A DNA stretch of 64,000 bases from TPA_inf: Saccharomyces. Taxonomy: Eukaryota. The notes below the pieces were generated by a model that saw only the letters and a program-made list of their open reading frames with translations, did not search any database and was not told the origin of the DNA. Made by a program: the position numbers and the translations under genes. The stretch's first letter is position 1. Every line of letters starts with the position of its first letter. Shown here piece by piece: positions 41,511-52,787 of the stretch. The DNA is taken from positions 928,001-992,000 of the forward strand of contig BK006948.2 in assembly GCA_000146045.2 (NCBI GenBank), given 5' to 3'.

Positions 41511-42286
41511 AGATCTGTGAATGGGCAAGATAAAAAACAAAAATTGAAATGTTTGACGTTATGTAAAACTATTAATTCCTTCGCTTTCGGCGGTCACAGA
41601 ATTTGCGTGTAGCTGACTCTTGTTCAATCAATATCATTTGTTACTTTATTTGAAAGTCTGTATTACTGCGCCTATTGTCATCCGTACCAAAGAACGTCAA
41701 AAAGAAACAAGATAATTTTTGTGCTTACACCATTTATAGATCACTGAGCCCAGAATATCGCTGGAGCTCAGTGTAAGTGGCATGAACACAACTCTGACTG
41801 ATCGCACATATTGCCGTTATCATAAATACTAGTTGTACTTGTCAATGCGACGAATGGCATCATGCCTATTATTACGTTCCTCTTTTTCCGTTTCATGTTT
41901 CCAGAATGCTATTGAATCTAACACTTCAATTATAAAAAAGAATAAATCCGCAATAATTTTAGGCTAATTGTTGTACTGTCAAGCGAACCTAATGGTTAAA
42001 ATTCAGAGGAACCTTCGACGTAGTCTGATCGCTACTTCTATATCTTATGTTCCCAGTCAATCAAAAGTTGATACTATAATAGCTGCCATTTATACCTGTT
42101 AGTTATGGCGATCGTTTATCACGACAAGCCCAATTTTGGTCGAGATGCAGCCAGTTGCCATCTATTGTTTCCAAAGCATTCGTTTGATTCGTATATGATA
42201 GGAAAACAAATTAAACGATGTATCAATTTGCTCATTCATCATAAATTGTGTTTGAGGCATTACTAAAAGAGCAGCAGATATCAGTC

Positions 42287-42618
42287 TGTTGGAATAAAAA
42301 TCAACTATCATCTACTAACTAGTATTTACGTTACTAGTATATTATCATATACGGTGTTAGAAGATGACGCAAATGATGAGAAATAGTCATCTAAATTAGT
42401 GGAAGCTGAAACGCAAGGATTGATAATGTAATAGGATCAATGAATATTAACATATAAAACGATGATAATAATATTTATAGAATTGTGTAGAATTGCAGAT
42501 TCCCTTTTATGGATTCCTAAATCCTCGAGGAGAACTTCTAGTATATCTACATACCTAATATTATAGCCTTAATCACAATGGAATCCCAACAATTACATCA
42601 AAATCCACATTGTCCACA
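42287..42618 (+). repeat. Ty2 5' LTR (delta), 332 bp, with TG...CA termini. The TYA ATG at 42578 lies inside it.
   Basis: It starts TGTTGGAATAAAAATC and ends CCACA, immediately followed by the primer-binding site. Confidence 0.9.
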
Positions 42619-43894
42619 TGGTAGCGCCTATGCTTCGGTTACTTCTAAGGAAGTCCCATCAAATCAAGATCCGTTAGCCGTTTCAGCTTCCAATTTACCG
42701 GAATTTGATAGAGATTCCACTAAGGTTAATTCTCAAGAAGAGACAACACCTGGGACATCAGCTGTTCCAGAGAACCATCATCATGTCTCTCCTCAACCTG
42801 CTTCAGTACCACCTCCACAGAATGGACAGTACCAACAGCACGGCATGATGACCCCAAACAAAGCTATGGCTTCTAACTGGGCACATTACCAACAACCATC
42901 TATGATGACGTGTTCACATTATCAAACGTCACCTGCGTATTATCAACCGGACCCACACTATCCGCTGCCACAGTATATCCCACCGCTGAGTACTTCCTCA
43001 CCTGATCCAATCGATTCACAGGATCAACACTCTGAAGTACCTCAAGCTAAGACAAAGGTGAGAAATAATGTCTTACCACCACACCCACACACATCAGAAG
43101 AAAACTTTTCTACATGGGTTAAATTTTACATCAGATTTTTGAAGAACTCTAATCTCGGTGACATTATTCCAAATGACCAGGGTGAAATCAAAAGACAAAT
43201 GACTTATGAAGAACATGCGTATATATACAATACCTTCCAAGCATTTGCCCCATTTCATTTATTGCCAACATGGGTAAAACAAATTTTAGAAATTAATTAT
43301 TCTGACATCCTTACAGTCCTTTGTAAAAGTGTGTCCAAAATGCAAACTAACAATCAAGAATTAAAAGATTGGATAGCTCTTGCCAACCTTGAGTACAACG
43401 GAAGTACATCTGCTGATACATTTGAAATTACAGTCAGCACGATCATTCAAAGGCTAAAAGAAAACAATATCAATGTTAGCGACAGATTGGCCTGTCAACT
43501 AATACTTAAAGGTCTATCCGGTGATTTCAAATACCTACGTAATCAATATCGTACCAAAACGAACATGAAACTTTCCCAATTATTCGCTGAAATTCAATTA
43601 ATATATGACGAAAATAAAATCATGAATCTAAATAAACCGTCCCAATACAAACAACACAGCGAATACAAAAATGTTTCTCGCACATCTCCAAACACGACTA
43701 ACACGAAGGTTACAACTCGTAATTATCATAGAACAAATAGTTCAAAACCAAGAGCAGCAAAAGCTCACAATATTGCTACATCCAGTAAATTCTCAAGGGT
43801 GAACAATGATCACATTAATGAATCAACCGTTTCATCACAATACTTAAGCGATGACAACGAACTTAGTCTTAGGCCAGCAACAGAAAGAATCTAA
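42578..43894 (+). CDS. TY2A: Ty2 TYA (Gag), 438 aa.
   Basis: It has an ATG within the 5' LTR. The sequence [23 protein letters not shown]... is the characteristic Ty Gag N-terminus. Confidence 0.9.
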   Translation: MESQQLHQNPHCPHGSAYASVTSKEVPSNQDPLAVSASNLPEFDRDSTKVNSQEETTPGTSAVPENHHHVSPQPASVPPPQNGQYQQHGMMTPNKAMASNWAHYQQPSMMTCSHYQTSPAYYQPDPHYPLPQYIPPLSTSSPDPIDSQDQHSEVPQAKTKVRNNVLPPHPHTSEENFSTWVKFYIRFLKNSNLGDIIPNDQGEIKRQMTYEEHAYIYNTFQAFAPFHLLPTWVKQILEINYSDILTVLCKSVSKMQTNNQELKDWIALANLEYNGSTSADTFEITVSTIIQRLKENNINVSDRLACQLILKGLSGDFKYLRNQYRTKTNMKLSQLFAEIQLIYDENKIMNLNKPSQYKQHSEYKNVSRTSPNTTNTKVTTRNYHRTNSSKPRAAKAHNIATSSKFSRVNNDHINESTVSSQYLSDDNELSLRPATERI

Positions 43895-46800
43895 GCCAAC
43901 ACGCACAATAGACTCGAATGACGAACTACCTGATCACCTTCTTATTGATTCAGGAGCTTCGCAAACGCTTGTCAGATCAGCCCATTATTTACACCATGCA
44001 ACACCCAATTCTGAAATAAACATAGTCGATGCTCAAAAACAAGACATTCCTATAAATGCCATTGGTAATCTTCACTTCAACTTTCAGAACGGCACCAAAA
44101 CATCAATAAAAGCACTACACACACCAAACATAGCCTATGATCTATTAAGTTTGAGTGAGCTGACTAACCAAAATATTACTGCCTGCTTTACCAGAAACAC
44201 TTTAGAAAGATCGGATGGTACAGTACTAGCTCCCATAGTCAAACATGGAGACTTTTACTGGTTATCTAAAAAATACCTAATTCCTTCGCACATTTCAAAG
44301 CTAACAATAAACAACGTCAACAAAAGCAAAAGCGTAAATAAATATCCATATCCGTTAATACATCGAATGCTTGGACATGCTAACTTCCGAAGTATTCAGA
44401 AGTCTCTTAAGAAGAATGCAGTTACATATTTGAAAGAATCGGATATTGAATGGTCTAACGCTAGCACATATCAATGTCCTGACTGTCTAATCGGCAAAAG
44501 CACGAAACATAGGCATGTCAAAGGATCACGACTAAAGTACCAAGAATCATATGAGCCTTTTCAGTACTTGCATACCGATATATTTGGTCCTGTACATCAC
44601 TTACCGAAAAGTGCACCTTCTTACTTTATATCGTTTACAGATGAGAAAACCAGATTCCAATGGGTGTACCCATTACACGACCGTCGTGAAGAATCTATCC
44701 TCAATGTTTTTACATCGATATTAGCATTTATTAAGAACCAATTCAATGCTCGCGTTCTAGTTATCCAGATGGATCGTGGCTCCGAGTACACTAACAAAAC
44801 TCTTCATAAGTTCTTTACGAACAGAGGTATTACTGCATGCTATACAACCACGGCAGATTCTAGAGCACACGGTGTCGCTGAACGATTAAATCGTACTTTA
44901 TTAAACGATTGTCGCACACTGCTTCATTGCAGTGGTCTACCAAATCATCTATGGTTCTCAGCAGTCGAATTTTCTACTATAATCAGAAATTCATTAGTCT
45001 CACCAAAAAACGATAAATCTGCAAGACAACATGCAGGTTTAGCTGGACTGGACATTACTACTATACTACCTTTCGGTCAACCGGTTATAGTTAACAACCA
45101 TAATCCTGACTCGAAAATACATCCTCGTGGCATTCCAGGTTACGCCTTACATCCATCACGAAACTCTTATGGCTATATTATCTATCTTCCATCCTTAAAA
45201 AAGACAGTAGATACTACCAATTACGTTATATTACAAAACAATCAAACGAAATTGGACCAGTTCGACTACGATACACTCACTTTTGATGATGATCTCAATC
45301 GTTTAACAGCCCATAACCAATCTTTTATTGAACAAAATGAAACGGAGCAGTCATATGATCAAAATACAGAATCTGATCATGACTATCAATCGGAGATTGA
45401 AATAAACTCTGATCCTCTAGTGAACGATTTCTCGTCCCAATCATTGAACCCTTTACAATTAGACAAGGAACCAGTCCAAAAGGTACGTGCACCAAAAGAA
45501 GTTGATGCCGACATATCTGAATACAATATTCTTCCATCTACTATACGATCTCGTACACCCCATATCATTAATAAAGAGAGTACCGAAATGGGTGGTACCA
45601 TTGAATCAGATACTACTTCACCTAGACACTCGTCTACCTTCACTGCACGAAACCAAAAGCGACCTGGTAGTCCCAACGATATGATTGATTTGACCTCACA
45701 GGATAGAGTTAATTATGGACTTGAAAACATCAAAACTACACGTTTGGGTGGTACGGAGGAACCATATATTCAACGAAATAGTGATACAAATATCAAATAC
45801 AGGACTACAAACAGTACGCCCTCAATAGATGACCGTTCGTCCAACAGTGACTCCACTACTCCCATCATCTCCATAGAAACAAAGGCTGCATGTGATAATA
45901 CACCCTCCATTGATACGGATCCGCCAGAATATCGCTCTTCTGACCATGCGACTCCTAATATAATGCCTGACAAATCCTCAAAAAATGTTACGGCTGATTC
46001 TATTCTTGACGACCTCCCACTTCCTGACTTAACCCATAAATCTCCTACGGACACTTCTGATGTTTCAAAAGATATCCCACACATACACTCTCGTCAGACT
46101 AATTCCAGTTTGGGTGGTATGGATGATTCTAATGTTCTGACTACTACCAAAAGTAAGAAAAGATCATTAGAAGATAATGAAACTGAAATTGAGGTATCCC
46201 GAGACACATGGAATAATAAGAATATGAGAAGTCTGGAACCACCAAGATCGAAGAAACGCATAAATTTAATTGCAGCAATAAAAGGAGTGAAATCGATCAA
46301 ACCAGTTCGAACGACCTTAAGATATGATGAAGCAATTACATATAATAAAGACAACAAAGAAAAAGACAGATATGTTGAAGCTTATCATAAAGAAATTAGC
46401 CAACTATTGAAAATGAACACTTGGGATACAAACAAATATTATGATAGAAATGACATAGATCCTAAAAAAGTAATAAACTCAATGTTTATATTTAACAAGA
46501 AACGTGATGGTACACACAAAGCTAGATTTGTTGCAAGAGGCGACATTCAACACCCCGATACATATGATTCTGATATGCAATCCAATACCGTACATCACTA
46601 TGCACTGATGACGTCATTGTCAATCGCATTAGACAATGACTATTATATCACACAGCTGGACATATCCTCTGCTTACTTATATGCTGATATCAAAGAAGAA
46701 TTATACATAAGACCTCCACCACATTTAGGTTTGAATGATAAGTTACTACGTTTGAGAAAATCACTCTATGGTTTGAAACAAAGTGGTGCAAACTGGTATG

Positions 46801-47891
46801 AAACCATTAAATCATATTTAATAAATTGTTGCGACATGCAAGAAGTTCGCGGATGGTCATGCGTATTTAAGAATAGTCAAGTAACAATTTGCTTATTCGT
46901 TGATGATATGATATTATTCAGCAAAGACTTAAATGCAAATAAGAAAATCATAACAACACTCAAGAAACAATACGATACAAAGATAATAAATCTGGGTGAA
47001 GGTGATAACGAAATTCAGTACGACATACTTGGATTAGAGATCAAATATCAAAGAAGCAAGTACATGAAATTAGGTATGGAAAAATCCTTGACAGAAAAAT
47101 TACCCAAACTAAACGTACCTTTGAACCCAAAAGGAAAGAAACTTAGAGCTCCAGGTCAACCAGGTCATTATATAGACCAGGATGAACTAGAAATAGATGA
47201 AGATGAATACAAAGAGAAAGTGCATGAAATGCAAAAGTTGATTGGTCTAGCTTCATATGTTGGATATAAATTTAGATTTGACTTACTATACTACATCAAC
47301 ACACTTGCTCAACATATACTATTCCCCTCTAGGCAAGTTTTAGACATGACATATGAGTTAATACAATTCATGTGGGACACTAGAGATAAACAATTAATAT
47401 GGCACAAAAACAAACCTACCAAGCCAGATAATAAACTAGTCGCAATAAGCGATGCTTCATATGGTAACCAACCATATTACAAGTCACAAATTGGTAACAT
47501 TTTCCTACTCAACGGAAAAGTGATTGGAGGAAAGTCGACAAAGGCTTCGTTAACATGCACTTCAACTACAGAAGCAGAAATACACGCAGTCAGTGAAGCT
47601 ATACCGCTATTGAATAACCTCAGTCACCTTGTGCAAGAACTTAACAAGAAACCAATTATTAAAGGCTTACTTACTGATAGTAGATCAACGATCAGTATAA
47701 TTAAGTCTACAAATGAAGAGAAATTTAGAAACAGATTTTTTGGCACAAAGGCAATGAGACTTAGAGATGAAGTATCAGGTAATAATTTATACGTATACTA
47801 CATCGAGACCAAGAAGAACATTGCTGATGTGATGACAAAACCTCTTCCGATAAAAACATTTAAACTATTAACAAACAAATGGATTCATTAG
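42578..47891 (+). CDS. TY2B: Ty2 TYA-TYB (Gag-Pol) fusion of 1770 aa, made by +1 ribosomal frameshifting: join(42578..43870, 43872..47891). It encodes protease, integrase and reverse transcriptase/RNase H.
   Basis: The frameshift heptamer CTTAGGC is at the TYA/TYB overlap. Integrase motifs (HHCC ...H...H...CPDC, and DD35E) and the RT YVDD motif (LFVDDM) are seen. Confidence 0.88.
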
Positions 47892-47913
47892 ATCTATTAC
47901 ATTATGGGTGGTA

Positions 47914-48245
47914 TGTTGGAATAAAAATCAACTATCATCTACTAACTAGTATTTACGTTACTAGTATATTATCATATACGGTGTTAGAAGATGACGCAAA
48001 TGATGAGAAATAGTCATCTAAATTAGTGGAAGCTGAAACGCAAGGATTGATAATGTAATAGGATCAATGAATATTAACATATAAAACGATGATAATAATA
48101 TTTATAGAATTGTGTAGAATTGCAGATTCCCTTTTATGGATTCCTAAATCCTCGAGGAGAACTTCTAGTATATCTACATACCTAATATTATAGCCTTAAT
48201 CACAATGGAATCCCAACAATTACATCAAAATCCACATTCTCCACA
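47914..48245 (+). repeat. Ty2 3' LTR, 332 bp.
   Basis: It is identical to the 5' LTR except for one base (G versus C near the 3' end). It is preceded by the polypurine tract. Confidence 0.9.
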
Positions 48246-48255
48246 CAGTCATACT

Positions 48256-48345
48256 CGTAAGAATTGGTTGAATTTGAGATAATTGTTGGGATTCCATTGC
48301 TGATAGCTTTAATATTATGTATAAGGAATATACTAGAAATTCCGA
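48256..48345 (-). repeat. Delta LTR 3'-end fragment in inverse orientation.
   Basis: The sequence tgagataattgttgggattccattgctgatagctttaatattatgtataaggaatatactagaa is the reverse complement of a delta end (...CAATGGAATCCCAACAATTATCTCA). Confidence 0.6.
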
Positions 48346-48405
48346 AAACTGCTTATATCAAGACTTCAAGGAATCTGGTATTACTCGAGCCCGTAATACA
48401 ACACG
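48346..48405 (+). repeat. Sigma (Ty3 LTR) 3'-end fragment ending ...GGTATTACTCGAGCCCGTAATACAACA, 15 bp upstream of the tRNA-Met 5' end.
   Basis: It is an exact match to the sigma 3' terminus. The spacing to the tRNA matches the position-specific Ty3 integration site (16-19 bp). Confidence 0.7.
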
Positions 48406-48420
48406 TTTGATATTTTGTGC

Positions 48421-48493
48421 GCTTCAGTAGCTCAGTAGGAAGAGCGTCAGTCTCATAATCTGAAGGTCGAGAGTTCGAACCTCCCCTGGAGCA
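48421..48493 (+). tRNA. tM(CAU): Elongator tRNA-Met (anticodon CAU), 73 nt, no intron.
   Basis: It has a cloverleaf with anticodon loop CTCATAA and the T-arm/B-box GGTCGAGAGTTCGAACCTCC. A poly-T Pol III terminator follows immediately. It differs from the initiator tRNA sequence. Confidence 0.9.
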
Positions 48494-49193
48494 ATATTTT
48501 TTTGCTAATATGACAGCCCAATATCTCGCTTCGAACAAATTGTCGTCAATCAGAGGGGGGAATACAAAAAGCCCAAAAAACTTCTTTAAGAATATAATGC
48601 TGTAAATATATGTTTCGTACTTAGTTTAGTTATGGCGTGACATAATAACGGGTTGTGAATGTAATGAATAGAAAAGGCCGTAATAAGATAATAAAATAAA
48701 ATAAATGAGAAAAGTTTGAGAAGAGTTCGTTCGTATAAATCATTAAGGTGTATGTGTTTGTTGAAATAAAAAAAATTGATTTTTTTTTATTTTTTCGGTT
48801 TTGGCATACATATCCGTCCGTAGCTGAAACGGAATTTCGTCATGTCTTGTGCTTTCTTGGCTATGAACCACGCGTCATTAATGTGTATAAAGGAGGAATA
48901 AAATTAGAATTTTTTTTGAATAATACGAAATAGAAAAGAAAAAGGTATGAAAAGTGCGCATCACGATTTATCATCCTTCTTTAGTGGGGATTTTTTTTTT
49001 TTATCTTTTTGTATGTTTTTTCCAACTTCTTTTTTTTTTTTGTATTCTTGTCTGCTATGTTATGGCCTTGTTATTTTTTGGGCTTGTTTTTTAAAGTACT
49101 TCGCTAAGAAAGAAAAAAATGTCGCATAAACAAAAGAGGAGAAAGGAATTTCTATCGTAATTTTATAATATTGGTGTTTAAGCAAGCGTGCTT

Positions 49194-50069
49194 TTATTTT
49201 TGGTCTTGTTTCAAAGTGTCGATTTCACTTTTCAACCTTTGAACTTCCATTTCGTATAGTCGTTCGTTATTTTGTAGATATAGAATATAGTCAACAGCTT
49301 TTTCTAGGATCATGCTTTTATTTAGCTTCGTGCTTGTAGCAGCGGCAGATGGAAGAGGAGTAGTAGCGGCAGTTTCTGCGCCGTCTTCGTCCTGTTTTTT
49401 TACAGAATCACCTACTTCGAAAGCTGTTTGTTCACTTGCTACCCATGGGATAATCTGCTGCAGTCTTGCAATCTTTGTGTTGATGTTTATTCTGTAGCGT
49501 TTTTCAATCTTGTTGTGAGCTTGCTTTTGGAAGGGGGTCAGTCTTTTTCTTGGAGCCCTCTTTTTCGTTTCCTTAGCATCTAGATTTGTTTTTATAAACG
49601 AGTCGTTTAGCTCGATTTCATTCTTAAGTGGGGTACTATCGTCATTATTATCAGTATTTATCATGTTAGGCATTAATTGCAAAGAAGCCGGTTCAAAATC
49701 TGCCAACGAAAGGGCATTGTCATCCTCTTCTCTTTTTATCGAGCTGCTAACCTCGGGAGAATGCGAGTATGAGGAAGGATTACTGAAAAACTGATCTGTT
49801 GGAAAAAGAGCAGATTCCTCGTTGTTGGAAGATATAAACTGGTCTTCGATTGGAGAGCCTATCGAGGAGCTGGATGCAGAGGAGATAATGTTTTCCAATG
49901 GTTCGAACCATGTGGAAGAAGATGCAGAAAGAACTGACGAGGAGTCCTTGTTGACGTTGATATGACTAGCTCCGTCATTTTCATCCGACAACCAATTATC
50001 AAATTCAGATTCAGGTTTAATTAAAGTAGTTTCGCTAGATCTAACATTTCTGTCTAAAATAGAGTTCAT
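49194..50069 (-). CDS. TYE7: bHLH transcription factor Tye7 (glycolytic gene activator), 291 aa.
   Basis: It has an ATG start and encodes 291 aa. It has a Ser-rich N-terminal half. The C-terminal basic helix-loop-helix is RAPRKRLTPFQKQAHNKIEKRYRININTKIARLQQIIP. Confidence 0.9.
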   Translation of the reverse strand: MNSILDRNVRSSETTLIKPESEFDNWLSDENDGASHINVNKDSSSVLSASSSTWFEPLENIISSASSSSIGSPIEDQFISSNNEESALFPTDQFFSNPSSYSHSPEVSSSIKREEDDNALSLADFEPASLQLMPNMINTDNNDDSTPLKNEIELNDSFIKTNLDAKETKKRAPRKRLTPFQKQAHNKIEKRYRININTKIARLQQIIPWVASEQTAFEVGDSVKKQDEDGAETAATTPLPSAAATSTKLNKSMILEKAVDYILYLQNNERLYEMEVQRLKSEIDTLKQDQK

Positions 50070-51817
50070 AATTGTTAAACTTGAAGAGATTTGATAGTGT
50101 GTTATTTGTCTTTATTTTTATTTTTGCACTAAAAGTTTATGAAGTGAACAAAAAAAAAAAATAATAGTAAAGTAGAGAGACTTTAGATCGGTACTGCTTG
50201 TGGTGCTTTACGCTTAATAAGAAAGAAAATGAGAAAAGAGAGAAATATGTAAAGAATAAAGGTTGATGGTTGGGAAATATAAAATAAGGATGTAATTAAG
50301 ATAGCTTTACTTTCCCATGAATTGATATATGAAGTGAAAAAGGATGTAAATAAGTTTAAATTTTGGAGATAACAAAAGAAGTTTATATAAGTACATTTGA
50401 TTGTTGAGGTGAGAAAAAAAAAGGAAACAGAGGTGAAAAAAATTAATAGCAAACGTTGCGTTTTGCATTTCTACTAAGAATGGAAATGTCGCAGACACGG
50501 TATCATCTACACTGTGAAAAAGAAATGAAAATGAGAATTGTTATTTGGCGAACTGTGAACGTGCGCAGGGCAGAATCCCATTGTACGGTTCGTACGTGGG
50601 CACAATGAATTACTACTAGGGTAAGAAATGACCGCAGCAGCATGAACATTCTAGAACAAAATTTGATTCCTTACCGAATGGAGAGAGGCCACGTTGTTAG
50701 GGGAGTAACAGCGCAATGAAGTGAGCTCAATCCCACTCCAGAAGGGCTTGTGTACGGCCGGAACTGGGCTAAGCAGTATCCGCGGGTGAAAGTCAAGGTC
50801 AGCTTGTTCCGGTTTCAAAAGGAAGATTTTCCGGGATACCTCTGGGTGTAACATTCAGATGCGTGCGTCATTTATTCTCTACCCATGTGGTGCCTGCCAG
50901 ATCCGGTAAGTACCGCCCAGCATAGCGTATACACAAGGATGAATGGGTTCTACGACACCGCGGTTTAAGGAAGTTGCCGCATTTGGCATGGTGTGGTGAT
51001 GTCTCTTTTCCTAAACCAGACTGAGACAGGTTTATTTCACCGATTTTTTTTTGCTTTGGCATAATAGAATGTCCAAGAAGGGTATTTTACTATCTTACAC
51101 GTGTTTGTAACATAAACGACAATTTTGTAGCACAACTAGGGCATGTCAGTCTGAGTCGTATTAGCGCCCTCCCCCTTACTTCAACAGTATCGTAGGATTG
51201 GCATTGCATATACGCCGATTTTAGCGTTGTTAATTGATCATTGCTGGCTTGCCACGTGATGGCAATAGGCTTTCTCTCGTGCTCGACCCCTAATGTCAGT
51301 TCAAGCAGGGAACGTGCCAAACATGGCTAGTGCATTTTTTACGTAAGCCGCAAAGAGGTTCCTCTTTTCTTAGTGTTTCGCCCTACTGATAAGAATGTGA
51401 AAAAGTAAACGATAAGATTAATATAATTAAAAAATGTTTCAATTCTAGACATCGTACCCACAAAGGCTGCCCATATCATATCGTAATACAGATCCGCTTT
51501 TCAGATTACATCCGATTTTCAGACTGAAAAGCAGCATAGCGGCAGTATGATGAATACAAGCGCGCTTATCTGTCGCTCTTCTTACTTGGAAAGGGAATCA
51601 TATTACCCGGCAGGGCGCTGACGGGAGCCGCATTAAATAAGCATACGAAAATCATCAAGGTTATCGGCATTTAATTTTTTAGAGGCTTCTTTATATCCCA
51701 TAGTTAGATTATTCAATCAAAAGGTTGTAAATGCCTATTAAGTTGCCTCTTGTCATGGTCCCATATTCCCTGAGGCATTCCTGCCAAGAATAATGGATTT
51801 CTTTCATGCATAATTAT

Positions 51818-52170
51818 TGAGTATTTGAATCATCTACATCGCACCCAAAGAAATTTGATATCGTATAATTCAGCATATTATTATATACTGTGTAAAAAGA
51901 TGACATGGGAATTAAGAAACAATCATCAGATTTAGTGGATGCCGCAATACAAGGACTGATAATGTAAAGAAATAAAAGAGAACGCGACACAAAATGCAAG
52001 GAAAAATAATAAATGTTACGTAGAAATATCGGTTTCCTTTCCTTGATTTCTATATCTTAGTAATGAACTTCAAGAATATGCTTATTTTACCCAATTATAG
52101 CTTTAATCATCAATAGGATCTTAAAAATTATTCTAATATCCACCGAATTTTCGAAAAGTATACTAATTTA
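51818..52170 (+). repeat. Old, highly diverged delta-like LTR remnant.
   Basis: The segments ...agatgacatgggaattaagaaacaatcatcagatttagtggatgccgcaatacaaggactgataatgtaa... and ...cgtagaaatatcggtttcc...cttcaagaatatgc...caattatagctttaatcatcaatagg... align by eye to the delta consensus at roughly 70% identity. Confidence 0.45.
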
Positions 52171-52259
52171 AACATTTGGTGTAAGCGTTTAGGTTGCTAA
52201 CGTAGCAGCAAACGTTGGTATCAATCACCACTTATTGCGCTACATTTCAACAATGTTCT

Positions 52260-52591
52260 TGAGAAATGGGTGAATGTTGAGATAATTGTTGGGATTCCAT
52301 TGTTGATAAAGGCTATAATATTAGGTATACAGAATATACTAGAAGTTCTCCTCGAGGGTCTAGGAATCCCCATAATGGAATCTATATTTCTATATACCAA
52401 TATTACGATTATTCCTCATTCCGTTTTATATGTTTCATTATCCTATTACATTATCAATCCTTGCACTTCAGCTTCCTCTAACTTCGATGACAGCTTCTCA
52501 TAACTTGTGTCATCATCTTAACACCGTATATGATAATATATTGATAGTATAACTATTAGTTGATAGACGATAGTGGATTTTTATTCCAACA
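52260..52591 (-). repeat. Intact solo delta LTR (Ty1-type), 332 bp, flanked by the 5-bp target-site duplication GTTCT at 52255-52259 and 52592-52596.
   Basis: Its reverse complement runs TGTTGGAATAAAAATCCACTATCGTCTATCAACTAATAG...CAATGGAATCCCAACAATTATCTCAACATTCACCCATTTCTCA. Perfect direct repeats flank it. Confidence 0.88.
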
Positions 52592-52682
52592 GTTCTCTTC
52601 AACCATTCGTTTTTGGGACTGAGGAAAATGAATATAAAATTATAATACTTCATCTTGAACTTTGAGAAATCACAAATTGTAT

Positions 52683-52787
52683 GGGCGTGTGGTCTAGTGG
52701 AATGATTCTCGCTTTGGGCGATCCCCCTGATCAAACAGGAGGAACAAAGCATGCGAGAGGCCCTGGGTTCAATTCCCAGCTCGCCCC
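52683..52787 (+). tRNA. tP(UGG): tRNA-Pro (anticodon UGG) with a 33-nt intron at about 52719-52751; the mature tRNA is 72 nt.
   Basis: Exon 1 is GGGCGTGTGGTCTAGTGGAATGATTCTCGCTTTGGG, with anticodon TGG. Exon 2 is TGCGAGAGGCCCTGGGTTCAATTCCCAGCTCGCCCC. A T7 terminator follows. Confidence 0.88.

Larger units (their letters stand above)
42287..48245 (+). mobile_element. Full-length Ty2 LTR retrotransposon of 5959 bp (the YOR343W-A/B element). It is flanked by a perfect 5-bp target-site duplication CAGTC at 42282-42286 and 48246-48250.
   Basis: The 332-bp LTRs are at 42287-42618 and 47914-48245 and differ at a single position. The primer-binding site TGGTAGCGCC (tRNAiMet) is at 42619-42628. A polypurine tract (GGGTGGTA) lies at 47906-47913. 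TYA encodes 438 aa, which is Ty2-sized. The CTT-AGG-C +1 frameshift site is at 43868-43874. Confidence 0.92.
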
